From the sequence record OR496884.1: a DNA stretch of 64,000 bases; one strand, written 5' to 3'. The notes below the pieces were generated by a model. The model was not told the DNA's origin. It searched no databases and worked only from the letters and a program-made list of their open reading frames with translations. Positions 38,601-47,466 of the stretch are shown here, in pieces (the stretch's first letter is position 1; every line of letters begins with the position of its first letter). Both the position numbers and the translations under genes were made by a program.

Positions 38601-39329
38601 ATCGCGTAGCCCATCCAATGTTTCTTGCAAAGTTGCTGTTGCAAAGTTATCGACTAAGTCTTTTCCAAGTGCTGCTTTATTGACCCCATGTTCATTATGC
38701 ATTGCACCATCATGGTCATCAATCAATTTAAACAACTGTTTGCGATATTCTTCTATATAAACCAAAATACGTTCTTGGAATTTATTTAAACGAATAGCCA
38801 CGTTGGGTGTGTTGTTTTCTTGAATGGTAACAAGACGAAGAAGTTGTTTTGCAAAATCAGCAAATGCAAAGAACTGATAAGTCCAGTCGTGCTGATGGAT
38901 ATCAGGGACAAACCAAAGCGGTTTATTATCAATATTATCCCAATGTACCATTCGATCATCTTCAGTAAGATTTCTTAACATGTTAAGAATTTCATTACTC
39001 AGTTTATTAAAATTCCCTACTGTTTGATAATCGATTTTCCATTGATCTACATCTTTATTTAAAATCCGGATAAACAACCCAACAGGTTTACTAGTGTATT
39101 GGGTTAGTTTTCCCATTAATCCATAGAACTCGTAATCTTTATCGAGTTCCATTCGTTGACCATTGGGAAAATACATTTTTACACTATTGATGTAAAATGG
39201 TGCTTGTAATGGAATAAAGAAATTATTATGGGGGTTACTGGACCGTTTCCCAGCTTCTAATGTAATTTGATTAAAGGTAGAAATACCTGTTAAATCAAGT
39301 TTGTAAAGACCGTGATCTTCTCTGTTCAT
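35691..39329 (-). CDS. Large tail/baseplate protein (paralog family)
   Basis: 1212 aa; DNFATATLQE...DLHITP, PPKIDGSFEGLGG shared with neighbour (23 nt identical at about 38443 and 34736). Confidence 0.7.
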   Translation of the reverse strand: MNREDHGLYKLDLTGISTFNQITLEAGKRSSNPHNNFFIPLQAPFYINSVKMYFPNGQRMELDKDYEFYGLMGKLTQYTSKPVGLFIRILNKDVDQWKIDYQTVGNFNKLSNEILNMLRNLTEDDRMVHWDNIDNKPLWFVPDIHQHDWTYQFFAFADFAKQLLRLVTIQENNTPNVAIRLNKFQERILVYIEEYRKQLFKLIDDHDGAMHNEHGVNKAALGKDLVDNFATATLQETLDGLRDDLHITPYNATKAAELAAGRNERLFPAGALPILRYGSDSFIPPKIDGSFEGLGGTIHRCGATIESNGDLLVLQRRNNGRVKGLYFLKCQRWGEGRPIWENTGHRYTHPTATADGADLNAIINGSGPNILVVGDEDKNIWYWAQTNGTLDPSRHILKRITGDWLSYSANWALAQVCADRNHREFNSIILGISAAQVKVLRPDYIIPFTGASTLDGWLIFTNINYDGTYKLANIDFETDDGKMNDKVFTPYIRKYDANNKIIRAAFIPTKPLSGFWQYRSPHAFMKKHSNGKWAVIIEQNCFWVTDGSNLTQLTTIVWKGLFQPVNNTTPSVVIERGPGEKLYSINPEDIVSSPEWEDFRSYKIPQWPFSGQDGSGSAFLGENYRLVMSPVIPSTVPLIGTLFKYDVYKTGDSLIDKEDSLLFKKLDDSLIDERNPLGFSAGNFNPWCGVADDRDPNTAVVVARQSVLDPAERAIKGPSKWIARATKYLNTDWSTKTDNLLTMTFGSTPVKHYPLANETYELNLGPQCVITQAAMPGVVAGRNNTFRKFLGADGFSTLLGNYADVGDGLLCYDNDIRTVGKEIRIIPKVVYQLKLALARQLPVELAKIGITGKDVSQSWTLTRAWTTTNEEFFILLVSWKEATSSTISSVYMSAAAVKIVPIGTPTTVNGYQYYSDVNITFLKDFIPKVLFRSDAFSNIGIYGFSGSAAPHTPVNFQSWNLANASGVLVNTGGIFAQIRALHRYSVVGDTLMPGIGLEIANDFTITRSRAYITASVIIESTTVVTPGPTMGVPTLANRTLTEGAAIIARKYTVPANTKYYDRVAQGGYEADNTMTVSNLLSSTYTVYFKAMKNVILGGKAYDIPATYIDIRDIDPNPANKRFYVYLKYGAGKPEYLITPTQTAETAVNSLIASVICGTSQINAITAYNRFSMDGAIIGETRQGSIIMATGGSIYEVGDTSTILNPLTDFVPE

Positions 39330-39346
39330 TTGTTAATCTCACAAAG

Positions 39347-39376
39347 AGAAAGAGAGATCCGAAGATCTCTCTTTCT
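39347..39376. terminator. 13-bp hairpin, TTCG loop on - strand
   Basis: agaaagagagatc-cgaa-gatctctctttct. Confidence 0.78.
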
Positions 39377-39381
39377 GTCAA

Positions 39382-40146
39382 TTAAGTCCAAAGACCTTGA
39401 GCGTATGCACGAATAAGGTATTTTGTTGCATTTAGATTCATTAATACCTGCGAGCTTTCACCCTCGAGCAAATCTTCTTGTTCGACCATTGCCCAGTCCT
39501 GTAAATGCAAAAGACCTAGGTCAGCAAGTGTTGCTTTATGTGCGTCTCGAAGATCGGCTTCTAAATGACGTTCAATCAATGCTTGTAAAGATTCCGGGTT
39601 TCCTGGAGAGGCTACCGCATCAATATAACTTTGCATAGCAACCATCATGTCGTCATAGCCGATGGTATCACTTGCAGGATGATCATGAGGGTCCGGCGGG
39701 AACACCAATGGAATATTGACAATCTGACTCCAATCCGCACGTCTTGGTGCTGTCAGAATAGTAGCAACTGCTTCTGCATACGCAATGTCATCCAGAACAA
39801 AATCAGCACCAATTGTGTTATATTCAATAACAAGGTTGGTTGGATCTGTTACGTTATGAACTTGTACACCGCTGTATGCTAACTGGCCGTATTGTCGAAC
39901 AAAGGCACCAAAAGGAAACGCAAAGGAAAAGTCGCCAGTTTCCATTCTAAGTTCACGACCAGAATCTTTTAAAAACATTTTAAAACTGGTTGTAAAAAAT
40001 GGACCTTTACGGGGAAGAAACACGACACCTTTTGGATTAGGTTCTACGTGAACTAATTCGTCACGTATTTCGTTTTCTGGATTATCGTTAAACGGATTCC
40101 AAGGATAGATCAATTGACCGACTGAGGTGGCGATATCATTTGCCAT
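39382..40146 (-). CDS. Virion structural protein, short paralog of the large tail proteins' N-domain
   Basis: FLPRKGPFF...YNTIG...DWSQIVNIPLVFPPDPHDH...AHKATLADLG parallels the N-termini of the adjacent paralogs. Confidence 0.65.
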   Translation of the reverse strand: MANDIATSVGQLIYPWNPFNDNPENEIRDELVHVEPNPKGVVFLPRKGPFFTTSFKMFLKDSGRELRMETGDFSFAFPFGAFVRQYGQLAYSGVQVHNVTDPTNLVIEYNTIGADFVLDDIAYAEAVATILTAPRRADWSQIVNIPLVFPPDPHDHPASDTIGYDDMMVAMQSYIDAVASPGNPESLQALIERHLEADLRDAHKATLADLGLLHLQDWAMVEQEDLLEGESSQVLMNLNATKYLIRAYAQGLWT

Positions 40147-40174
40147 AGAAACCTCTATTAAGGGTAAGGTAAAA

Positions 40175-41407
40175 ATGTATAAATACTTATATGCTGTTGG
40201 ACGATATAAGGATTTTCAACCTGGTTTTCATGTCGTGGACATTAGCAATTACTATGTTAAAGATTTAGAGAAATTATTCTCAATTCTCTATATAGTCGTC
40301 GAGGATCAACTCTATAATAATAACGTAGCAATTACGTTAGATGATTATAGAACTGATTTTGCTAAAGATACCCTGAATGGTATTCAGGAATGGCTCGATA
40401 ACAAAAACCAAGTTGTCCTTAAAACGTCAGAAATTGTTCCTGGTAAAAACAAGCAGTATGTGAAAATGGAACGGTTATTTACAAACGGTTATTTTCATCA
40501 TCCTGCTGATATCAATCTTGCAAAAGATAGCCAGTCAAGCCTGTTAGCTGATTCTTCTCCAGATGTTCGACTTTCTCATTATAAATACATTGATGGTATT
40601 GATTATAACAAACAAGTTGAACACAGTTTGTTTACTGTTAATGGTGTTTTTGTAAGAGCAGTCGGAAGACAAGATGGGATCTATTTACTAGGAGCTGGTT
40701 TTGATTACATGGAGACAAAACAAGACCTGCGTATTGGGGCATTAAATTTTCAGAAAATAGGGAAATTAAAAACGGTCCCAATTACTGAAGACATGGTTTT
40801 AGACGTCGATAGCAACAGTACTAAAAGATGGAAAATAACTATTCCAAATCAAGATCTTGGAAATAAAACCATTTGGGCTGTTATTAATGGACAACTTATT
40901 GCTGATCCAGATTTAATTTATCAAGTTGAAAGTAATCAAGTTATTCTTGATATGGGTTCTTTTGATGCAATGACTCATTATCAAACTTATCGAGAATATA
41001 CCAGAACCCCTAAATTAACAAACATGTTAAAAATAGATGAGTATAAACGCAAAGTACTAACAATGCATAACTCATTTATAGTGATAGTAGATAACCCAAC
41101 AATTGGGATTACTGTCACACCTTTAACTACATTTTATTATCCAAACGTATTTCACACTGAAGAACGTTTTGAACATCCACTGGTACTTGAAAACGGATTG
41201 TTTCCTATTCCTTATGTTAAAACATACGGGATTAAACAACGAGTATTGAATCATGACGTTAGAATAAAACGTTATTATCCAATTCAAACTAGTGGTGTTA
41301 ACGCTAATAATTTTGTTAATTCCCTGGATGCATTATCAGGTAATCCAGGTCATCTTCCTAAAGGTTTTCTATTTAAGATCTTTGGGGTTACTTTTGAGAG
41401 GGCTTGA
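40175..41407 (+). CDS. Probable virion structural protein
   Basis: Start moved to ATG 40175 (AAGGT RBS); 410 aa in the structural block; function by context only. Confidence 0.55.
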   Translation: MYKYLYAVGRYKDFQPGFHVVDISNYYVKDLEKLFSILYIVVEDQLYNNNVAITLDDYRTDFAKDTLNGIQEWLDNKNQVVLKTSEIVPGKNKQYVKMERLFTNGYFHHPADINLAKDSQSSLLADSSPDVRLSHYKYIDGIDYNKQVEHSLFTVNGVFVRAVGRQDGIYLLGAGFDYMETKQDLRIGALNFQKIGKLKTVPITEDMVLDVDSNSTKRWKITIPNQDLGNKTIWAVINGQLIADPDLIYQVESNQVILDMGSFDAMTHYQTYREYTRTPKLTNMLKIDEYKRKVLTMHNSFIVIVDNPTIGITVTPLTTFYYPNVFHTEERFEHPLVLENGLFPIPYVKTYGIKQRVLNHDVRIKRYYPIQTSGVNANNFVNSLDALSGNPGHLPKGFLFKIFGVTFERA

Positions 41408-41408
41408 T

Positions 41409-41924
41409 ATGTTTCCTAGTATTATTCCAACTGGTCTTGTCGGGATGGACAAAACAAAGTTGTTAACCACCCTAGGTGTTTGGATATTAATTATCTTTGC
41501 AAGTTACGCAATGTTCTTTAAAGATGATCCAAATAAATTAAATCAAGAAACTGTTGAGAAATTAGTCATAGCAGTTGATAAGTTTTCGGAAGCTTCTGTT
41601 AATTTAACAAAAGCTGCCAACGAACAACGAGAATGGGTTCAAAACTTAGAGCAACAAATAGCTAAACAAAATGTATTATTGGAGCAAGGTTATCGGGGAA
41701 TCTATGAACAGTTTAATTATGATAAAACAGATAGTACTGCTAGTCTTGATGACATTTATGCTAAGCAGCTGTTCCAATCAACCCAAAGTGACGGTGGGCG
41801 GGACTTACGTAGAAATGAAAACGGAGCTAGCAAAGCTTCAGCTGTACAAACAACAATTGAAGAGCTTAAAAACATCGTTCACCCAGCTCCCGGAGACCGT
41901 ATATTCCCCAAGCTGGAAAAGTAA
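41409..41924 (+). CDS. Candidate inner-membrane spanin (Rz-like)
   Basis: Start ATG 41409 (GAGG RBS); one N-terminal TM followed by coiled coil; overlaps a lipoprotein gene. Confidence 0.55.
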   Translation: MFPSIIPTGLVGMDKTKLLTTLGVWILIIFASYAMFFKDDPNKLNQETVEKLVIAVDKFSEASVNLTKAANEQREWVQNLEQQIAKQNVLLEQGYRGIYEQFNYDKTDSTASLDDIYAKQLFQSTQSDGGRDLRRNENGASKASAVQTTIEELKNIVHPAPGDRIFPKLEK

Positions 41925-42150
41925 ACCTGAACGCATGGGTCAGTTAAATCAGTTCTTAATGATGAATGATTGCTTAACTACCTCTGCAAGGGAAACATGT
42001 TATAAAACCACCCGACTGCTTTTAATTGCAACAACTCGCGAATTGGATATGACAAATATTCAAGTAGAAGGTTTGAATAAATCTATTGATCAATTAATTA
42101 AAAATATCGATGTGATCATTGCTGAATTAAGTAAAGAAGAAATAAAGTAA
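41704..42150 (+). CDS. Candidate outer-membrane spanin lipoprotein (Rz1-like)
   Basis: Start ATG 41704 (GGGGA RBS); signal peptide with lipobox LSSC; overlaps the previous gene by 221 nt in another frame. Confidence 0.6.
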   Translation: MNSLIMIKQIVLLVLMTFMLSSCSNQPKVTVGGTYVEMKTELAKLQLYKQQLKSLKTSFTQLPETVYSPSWKSKPERMGQLNQFLMMNDCLTTSARETCYKTTRLLLIATTRELDMTNIQVEGLNKSIDQLIKNIDVIIAELSKEEIK

Positions 42151-42158
42151 CATAATGT

Positions 42159-42192
42159 TAACTCTCACTCTCCTAGTGGAGAGTGAGAGTTA
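42159..42192. terminator. 15-bp bidirectional hairpin
   Basis: taactctcactctcc-tagt-ggagagtgagagtta. Confidence 0.8.
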
Positions 42193-42197
42193 GTCTA

Positions 42198-42887
42198 TTA
42201 TTTTGTTTTTACAGCAAGTGCTTCGGCAAGCCATGTTCTCAGTTTAATAATGATTCCGCCAGATTTAACTAATACGTTTAATGTATTAGCTGCCCTAACA
42301 AAATGCCAAGAAGTAATAATTGGGCCTACTACAGCCAGAAATATCTCTATGTCACCTGGCATTAATTTGTCCGATAAAATGGCTTCTCTAATCGACCAGG
42401 TAAAGATTAAGCTACCAAAACAAATCACATGAACAGAGACACATCCTGCAACCGCTCTCATCAGCACTGTAGACAATCCAAACAGTTGTCGTTCTATTGC
42501 CACATCTGCTTCAGTGGCTATCTTAGAATGTACGTTAGAGTGTTTTGTAGTGCATTTTAAATCATCACAGACTCGAACAGTTTCATCTTGCGGTAGTTCT
42601 TCAACTTCTGGTTCTTGTTCAACACGTAATACAGATGACAACATTGTGTTAGCATTAACAAAATGCCATGCCATTATTACAACACCACATGTCATTAAAA
42701 ATATTTGTGTTGGTGTAAACCAACCTATTTTTGTATACATAATAGCGTCATGCATAGTAACCACAAATATTAATGTTGTTACTGCGACCGTTAAACAAGA
42801 ATTAAATCCAGAGGTTGATTTTAAAATCATCGGGATCCAATCGTAATCATCGATCGGGTTTACCGATGGCGTTGGTTTCTTGTCCAT
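42198..42887 (-). CDS. Four-TM membrane protein with internal duplication (holin candidate)
   Basis: Two 2-TM halves each ending WHFV.A..(T/L); start uncertain (42887 or 42830). Confidence 0.55.
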   Translation of the reverse strand: MDKKPTPSVNPIDDYDWIPMILKSTSGFNSCLTVAVTTLIFVVTMHDAIMYTKIGWFTPTQIFLMTCGVVIMAWHFVNANTMLSSVLRVEQEPEVEELPQDETVRVCDDLKCTTKHSNVHSKIATEADVAIERQLFGLSTVLMRAVAGCVSVHVICFGSLIFTWSIREAILSDKLMPGDIEIFLAVVGPIITSWHFVRAANTLNVLVKSGGIIIKLRTWLAEALAVKTK

Positions 42888-43437
42888 TGAGCACATTCCA
42901 TCCAAGATCTTTATAGTACTGGACAGCAACGTACAGAGCCATTAGAATTCCATCATGAGCATGTTCGGAAAGAAGATCTAAATCAAAACCATTTAAATCT
43001 AAAAAGGGGCATTTCTTTAATCCCTTTTTAACATCTTCTTTTTCAGAACCTCTAAAGTCTGCACCAACGATTTGTTTACCGAGTCTTGGGAGGATCAGTT
43101 TAAACGGCGTGTCTTTCTTGTTGGTTGTCGTATAAATATTGAAGTAAGAGACTACTTCAATAAGACGTTTAAACGACGCTGGGTTCAAACCTAAGAAGTT
43201 ATCCTCACAACCTACTACGTCAGGTTCAATTAAATCAAAGACGTGAGAATAGGCACGTGTGAGCCCTTTAGCAAAAACCTGATGGTCTCCATCGGCTCTG
43301 ATGCCATACGTATTGTAATCTCCAAGGATAGTGTCTGCGTAAACCAACTTAAAGGGTTTCTTTTCATGTATTGAAACTTCTAAAGCTGCTAAACCCAAAC
43401 TCCTTGTCCCTGGGTCAATACCCATTATTTTTATCAT
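42847..43437 (-). CDS. ruvC: RuvC-like Holliday junction resolvase
   Basis: IMGIDPGTRSLG, VGCED, KEDVK, HAHDGILMA. Confidence 0.88.
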   Translation of the reverse strand: MIKIMGIDPGTRSLGLAALEVSIHEKKPFKLVYADTILGDYNTYGIRADGDHQVFAKGLTRAYSHVFDLIEPDVVGCEDNFLGLNPASFKRLIEVVSYFNIYTTTNKKDTPFKLILPRLGKQIVGADFRGSEKEDVKKGLKKCPFLDLNGFDLDLLSEHAHDGILMALYVAVQYYKDLGWNVLNGQETNAIGKPDR

Positions 43438-43441
43438 ACTC

Positions 43442-44065
43442 TTATCCTACTGACAAAGAGTACACAACGGGAACACCCATACTCTTCAATTCAACGATTG
43501 CGACGTACGCAACATTAGGATTGAGTTTATATTGTTCTGGTAGATTTTCATATTCCCCTATATAGAGTAATTTAAAATCTGCCGTTGTGTTAGCACGATC
43601 TGGATTACAGCTCCATCCTAAACCAATTTTGTATTGATTTAAAAGTTCCATCAATTGTCGTGCTTTTTCTAATTGAACCAAATTGTTTTGTTCACCACTA
43701 TAATTATTAGTTAAGAAATCTAATTCCTTTTTGCTATTAATAAGTAGCGCTTGATATTTCATAATTTCAGGGTGTTGTAAACTTTTTGGATGAACGAGTA
43801 TTTTAATCTCTTCGATCATCTCACCGGATTCACCTGATAAAGATTGGTTATCTTTAACAATCCATTCAACCAAGCCAGATTTATGATTAATTAGGTCTAT
43901 TCGCAATCTACCTGTTTGATCAAGTGAAACAGTTCGGTCTAGATAATTAGACCGAACTAAATTTAACTGATAGATCTTGTTAACCTTATTAACAACACTT
44001 TCAATTTTTTCATCAATTTCAAGTGGTATCTTTAAACTAGCTTGGGAGGTTGTTTTTAAATTCAT
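43442..44065 (-). CDS. Hypothetical (probably virion-associated) protein
   Basis: 207-aa ORF in a co-oriented structural run. Confidence 0.55.
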   Translation of the reverse strand: MNLKTTSQASLKIPLEIDEKIESVVNKVNKIYQLNLVRSNYLDRTVSLDQTGRLRIDLINHKSGLVEWIVKDNQSLSGESGEMIEEIKILVHPKSLQHPEIMKYQALLINSKKELDFLTNNYSGEQNNLVQLEKARQLMELLNQYKIGLGWSCNPDRANTTADFKLLYIGEYENLPEQYKLNPNVAYVAIVELKSMGVPVVYSLSVG

Positions 44066-44080
44066 ACAACCTCCTTGATA

Positions 44081-45001
44081 TTAACCAGCGAGCTGTGATT
44101 GATCGATGAGCAGCGGGAGCGAATTACCGTAATGGAAGAACCAAGGCATCTTGGTATTGGTGTTTGCATCACGCGCCCAAGCTTCAGTAATTACATATGC
44201 AGTGACTGCTGATTGAAGCTCTTGGTAAGGAGTAGTACCGGTTTCACCAATCTGACCGTCGTGAGTAGTTTCTACGCCGTATACAAGGTATACTTCGTTG
44301 ATGGCTGCAATGGATGCATCATTAAACAGAATACGGCAAACGTTTTTAATTTCGGTAAGATCCGATTCTGTCAAACTTAGATCCATCTTTCCAGTAGCGT
44401 TAACATAATCGTCCGCCACAGGAATTGCATTAACAGAAGTAAGTTCATACGGAGTTGGGGTCAGATCTTCTTCTTTTGGAATATAAGGACGTTCGGTTTC
44501 GTTACCAGTTTCAGGATCTTTACTACCAATTTTGGCAGAGGCATCAAATTCAGCAAAACCAATTTTCTTTAGGTAATAGAAAACATAAACTTTATCCCCA
44601 ATTGGTCGAACAACGCGCAATCGATAATTCTTACGAATTTCAGGATCGATATCATTAGTAATTTCACGACCCAAGAAAGGAATAGGATAAAACGCATTAC
44701 CATCTGTGGTCTTGTGCTGATTCACTTTACGTGCTTCAATACCAGTAGATCCAACACCAATGGAACGTGATCCACCAATCCCAATACCGTAATAACCTAA
44801 ATAGAAATCTTTACCGTGTTTATCACCCCAGGACTCATCAGCAAGGACGCCATACTTTTCGTTTAGAGTAGACCATTTAGGAAGAGTAAAAGGCTGGCGC
44901 GTTGTAACAGCGGCAGAAACAACTTGTCCCATTGCCAATGGTGTCGCTAGTGTACTTGGTAGTTTAGACTTGGTACGGCCAGTATCAATAGTTGTAGACA
45001 T
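44081..45001 (-). CDS. Probable virion structural (baseplate) protein
   Basis: 306 aa; STLNEKYGV...YYGIGIGG...FYPIPF...YFYYLK pattern recalled from phiKZ-like structural proteins. Confidence 0.6.
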   Translation of the reverse strand: MSTTIDTGRTKSKLPSTLATPLAMGQVVSAAVTTRQPFTLPKWSTLNEKYGVLADESWGDKHGKDFYLGYYGIGIGGSRSIGVGSTGIEARKVNQHKTTDGNAFYPIPFLGREITNDIDPEIRKNYRLRVVRPIGDKVYVFYYLKKIGFAEFDASAKIGSKDPETGNETERPYIPKEEDLTPTPYELTSVNAIPVADDYVNATGKMDLSLTESDLTEIKNVCRILFNDASIAAINEVYLVYGVETTHDGQIGETGTTPYQELQSAVTAYVITEAWARDANTNTKMPWFFHYGNSLPLLIDQSQLAG

Positions 45002-45004
45002 TAT

Positions 45005-45322
45005 TTATTCCTTATAAATTATAAATTGCCCGTAATGAATTAACGTGTCACTTTTAATGGTGATTTCAAAACAATCTTCTTTAGCAATAATTGACTCAAT
45101 GTCCGATGCATAAAAAGGTAAATAAGATTCCCTTACAATATTTGCGACATCGGCATTTGACAATACTTCTAACAATGTTTTAAATTTAAAACTATTGAGA
45201 AAACCAAGATTTGTTTTCTCGTATTTAATGTGGCGATTTTCAACTAAAAGAAAAAGTTCAGTTTCCTTAATAATAAGTATTTGAACCTTCTCTTCTGGGA
45301 ACAGTGCTTGTAAACGTTCCAT
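45005..45322 (-). CDS. Hypothetical protein
   Basis: 105 aa; 1-3 nt spacing to neighbours. Confidence 0.55.
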   Translation of the reverse strand: MERLQALFPEEKVQILIIKETELFLLVENRHIKYEKTNLGFLNSFKFKTLLEVLSNADVANIVRESYLPFYASDIESIIAKEDCFEITIKSDTLIHYGQFIIYKE

Positions 45323-45323
45323 T

Positions 45324-47444
45324 TTAACTCCAGTTTGCTGGGTCAGAACGAAGTATCAAATTGTTTCTGATGATATATGCAACAGGTTCAGCTTGTGTTT
45401 CAACATCATATAAATTCTGTTCATTAACAACAGAACCGCATCCAATGGATATTGCATCTACATGATGGATAAGAGTACCTTCTACTGATTGCGCTTTATT
45501 GGTAATTTCCAACTGACCTTCTGGAATAACTTTTAATCCCATTTGAACAGGCTGTTGTTTATTATCATTCTCAAGCGCGGTATCACCATTCCCTGGATAG
45601 ACATCGCTGTCAATTAACAAAGGGATTTCAATATTGTAATCACCTTCGGTATTTTCAGTGCTACCAATGTACTGGACGGTATAGCTGGACAAATCTGCCA
45701 TCAAATTAATCAAGGCTCTTTGTTGATCTCCAATACTAATGAAGTTTACGTTTTCCCAGCCAGTGACTTTCTTCCAGATACTCCAAGCTAAATCTAATAA
45801 TTCTTCCTGACCATAATCGCTAAATGAAAGATCATTTTCACTTAAGAATTGTTGATAAGTTGGTATCTCGGTTAATTTAGCAATCCCAGTTTCGTATAAA
45901 GCTTCAACTGCATTTTTTACTCTTGATTGAGTAAATAAATTATTGATTCTTAAATATAACTTTTTATGACTCCAAATCTTATCATGAACTTCTTTTACCT
46001 TACTAAAGAAACCATCCGGTGAAACTAATTTTGGATAACTAATTTCTACATTCAATATACTTTTAACAACATCCTCGGTTAAAATTTCTTTATGACCAAG
46101 TTCCATTAATTCCAAGTATGTTGGAGGAGTGATTTTTCTAACAAAATAATAATCGTAATAAGGAATATCAGGACGCTGATATCCCCTGTATTTGTCTATT
46201 AAATAACACCAAAGTATGTAGGCTCCTTTAGTGTCTAATCTAAATCGTCTTGCTGTTCTGACATCTGTGAAATCATGATTAATCACATATAAGTCATTAG
46301 CAGCCAAATACAACCAATGATTATGTAGAACACGCATAACAGATTGTGGATTACGATCAGTTGCATCGACCATGGTAGATTCCAATACCTTTGTTGGGAT
46401 ATTAGAAATCATATCATATCGGATGGCGTAATCGGTAATTTCATGATCCATCTCTTGGTTGATTTCGTTATCAAACGCAAGTGGATTTTCTTTTCTAATA
46501 ACTTCCTGGACACTAAAGAGTCTAGTGGAAACTCCAAACTGTTCAGCTAAGTTAACAGGTTTTGAAATTAACTTAGGAGTAGGTGTTAATGTTTGCAATT
46601 GATCAGTTGTGGTTTGTAATACCTCATAACGAGCTAAAGGAATAGAACGTTCAGTTAACAAAATGTCCACTAACTCATCAAACGTTTTACGCCTACCTTG
46701 CAATCTTAATACATAATCTAGATTACGGTAAAGCCACATTGTTTGCTTTCTAGATAAGACTTCTTTATAGATTGTGGATAATCCTAAAGAACTTAATCTA
46801 GACCAAATATAAAACTCATGAGCATAACGTGTACCTTCCGCTTCTTTTCTTATTTGCAAAATAGCAGAAACTAAAGAACCATAAAGATTTGCCAACAATA
46901 CAGTTAACATTAAATTATCGGTTAACAAATACTCGGTATTGAAAGAAGTCTCTACCATGTTATAAATATGGTCTTGAAGAGCAGGTATTAATTGATACTC
47001 ATTCCAAAGAACATAATCAGTATTATAACGAAGAATTTGATAATTCTTTGCTGGTATGGATTCCTCTGGCGGAATAGGGTTTATGATTCCGTTAATCAAA
47101 TCACGCTGACCTTGATATTTATCTACCAACCTAGTGTAGTGATAACTACCTTGTCGATACGCCCGGCGGGTTGCTGGGTGAAGATCAAGATCTGCTTTTG
47201 TAAAATTAATGACCTCGCCATTATCTAGAGACTGAACAGTCATCATGGTATCAGTACTGTGGTACTCACCATTAAGATTTAAATAATAGCGCCATTTTGT
47301 TTTGTCATTACCTGGGGTTAATCCATAATAACCTTCCATTAAACGGTTATCCAATAATGCTTGGTCTTCACATTTAATCACAAAGGTTCGACAAAACGAG
47401 ATGGTCCTTTTTATGTAAGCACCAAATTCGACATTATTGAGCAT
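45324..47444 (-). CDS. Virion structural protein, probable baseplate wedge
   Basis: 706 aa; WRYYLNLNGEYH, LYRNLDYV..QGRRKTFDEL; divergent from the probable portal, as recalled for phiKZ-like phages. Confidence 0.6.
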   Translation of the reverse strand: MLNNVEFGAYIKRTISFCRTFVIKCEDQALLDNRLMEGYYGLTPGNDKTKWRYYLNLNGEYHSTDTMMTVQSLDNGEVINFTKADLDLHPATRRAYRQGSYHYTRLVDKYQGQRDLINGIINPIPPEESIPAKNYQILRYNTDYVLWNEYQLIPALQDHIYNMVETSFNTEYLLTDNLMLTVLLANLYGSLVSAILQIRKEAEGTRYAHEFYIWSRLSSLGLSTIYKEVLSRKQTMWLYRNLDYVLRLQGRRKTFDELVDILLTERSIPLARYEVLQTTTDQLQTLTPTPKLISKPVNLAEQFGVSTRLFSVQEVIRKENPLAFDNEINQEMDHEITDYAIRYDMISNIPTKVLESTMVDATDRNPQSVMRVLHNHWLYLAANDLYVINHDFTDVRTARRFRLDTKGAYILWCYLIDKYRGYQRPDIPYYDYYFVRKITPPTYLELMELGHKEILTEDVVKSILNVEISYPKLVSPDGFFSKVKEVHDKIWSHKKLYLRINNLFTQSRVKNAVEALYETGIAKLTEIPTYQQFLSENDLSFSDYGQEELLDLAWSIWKKVTGWENVNFISIGDQQRALINLMADLSSYTVQYIGSTENTEGDYNIEIPLLIDSDVYPGNGDTALENDNKQQPVQMGLKVIPEGQLEITNKAQSVEGTLIHHVDAISIGCGSVVNEQNLYDVETQAEPVAYIIRNNLILRSDPANWS

Positions 47445-47466
47445 AAGTTATTTCCAAGGGAGATAT

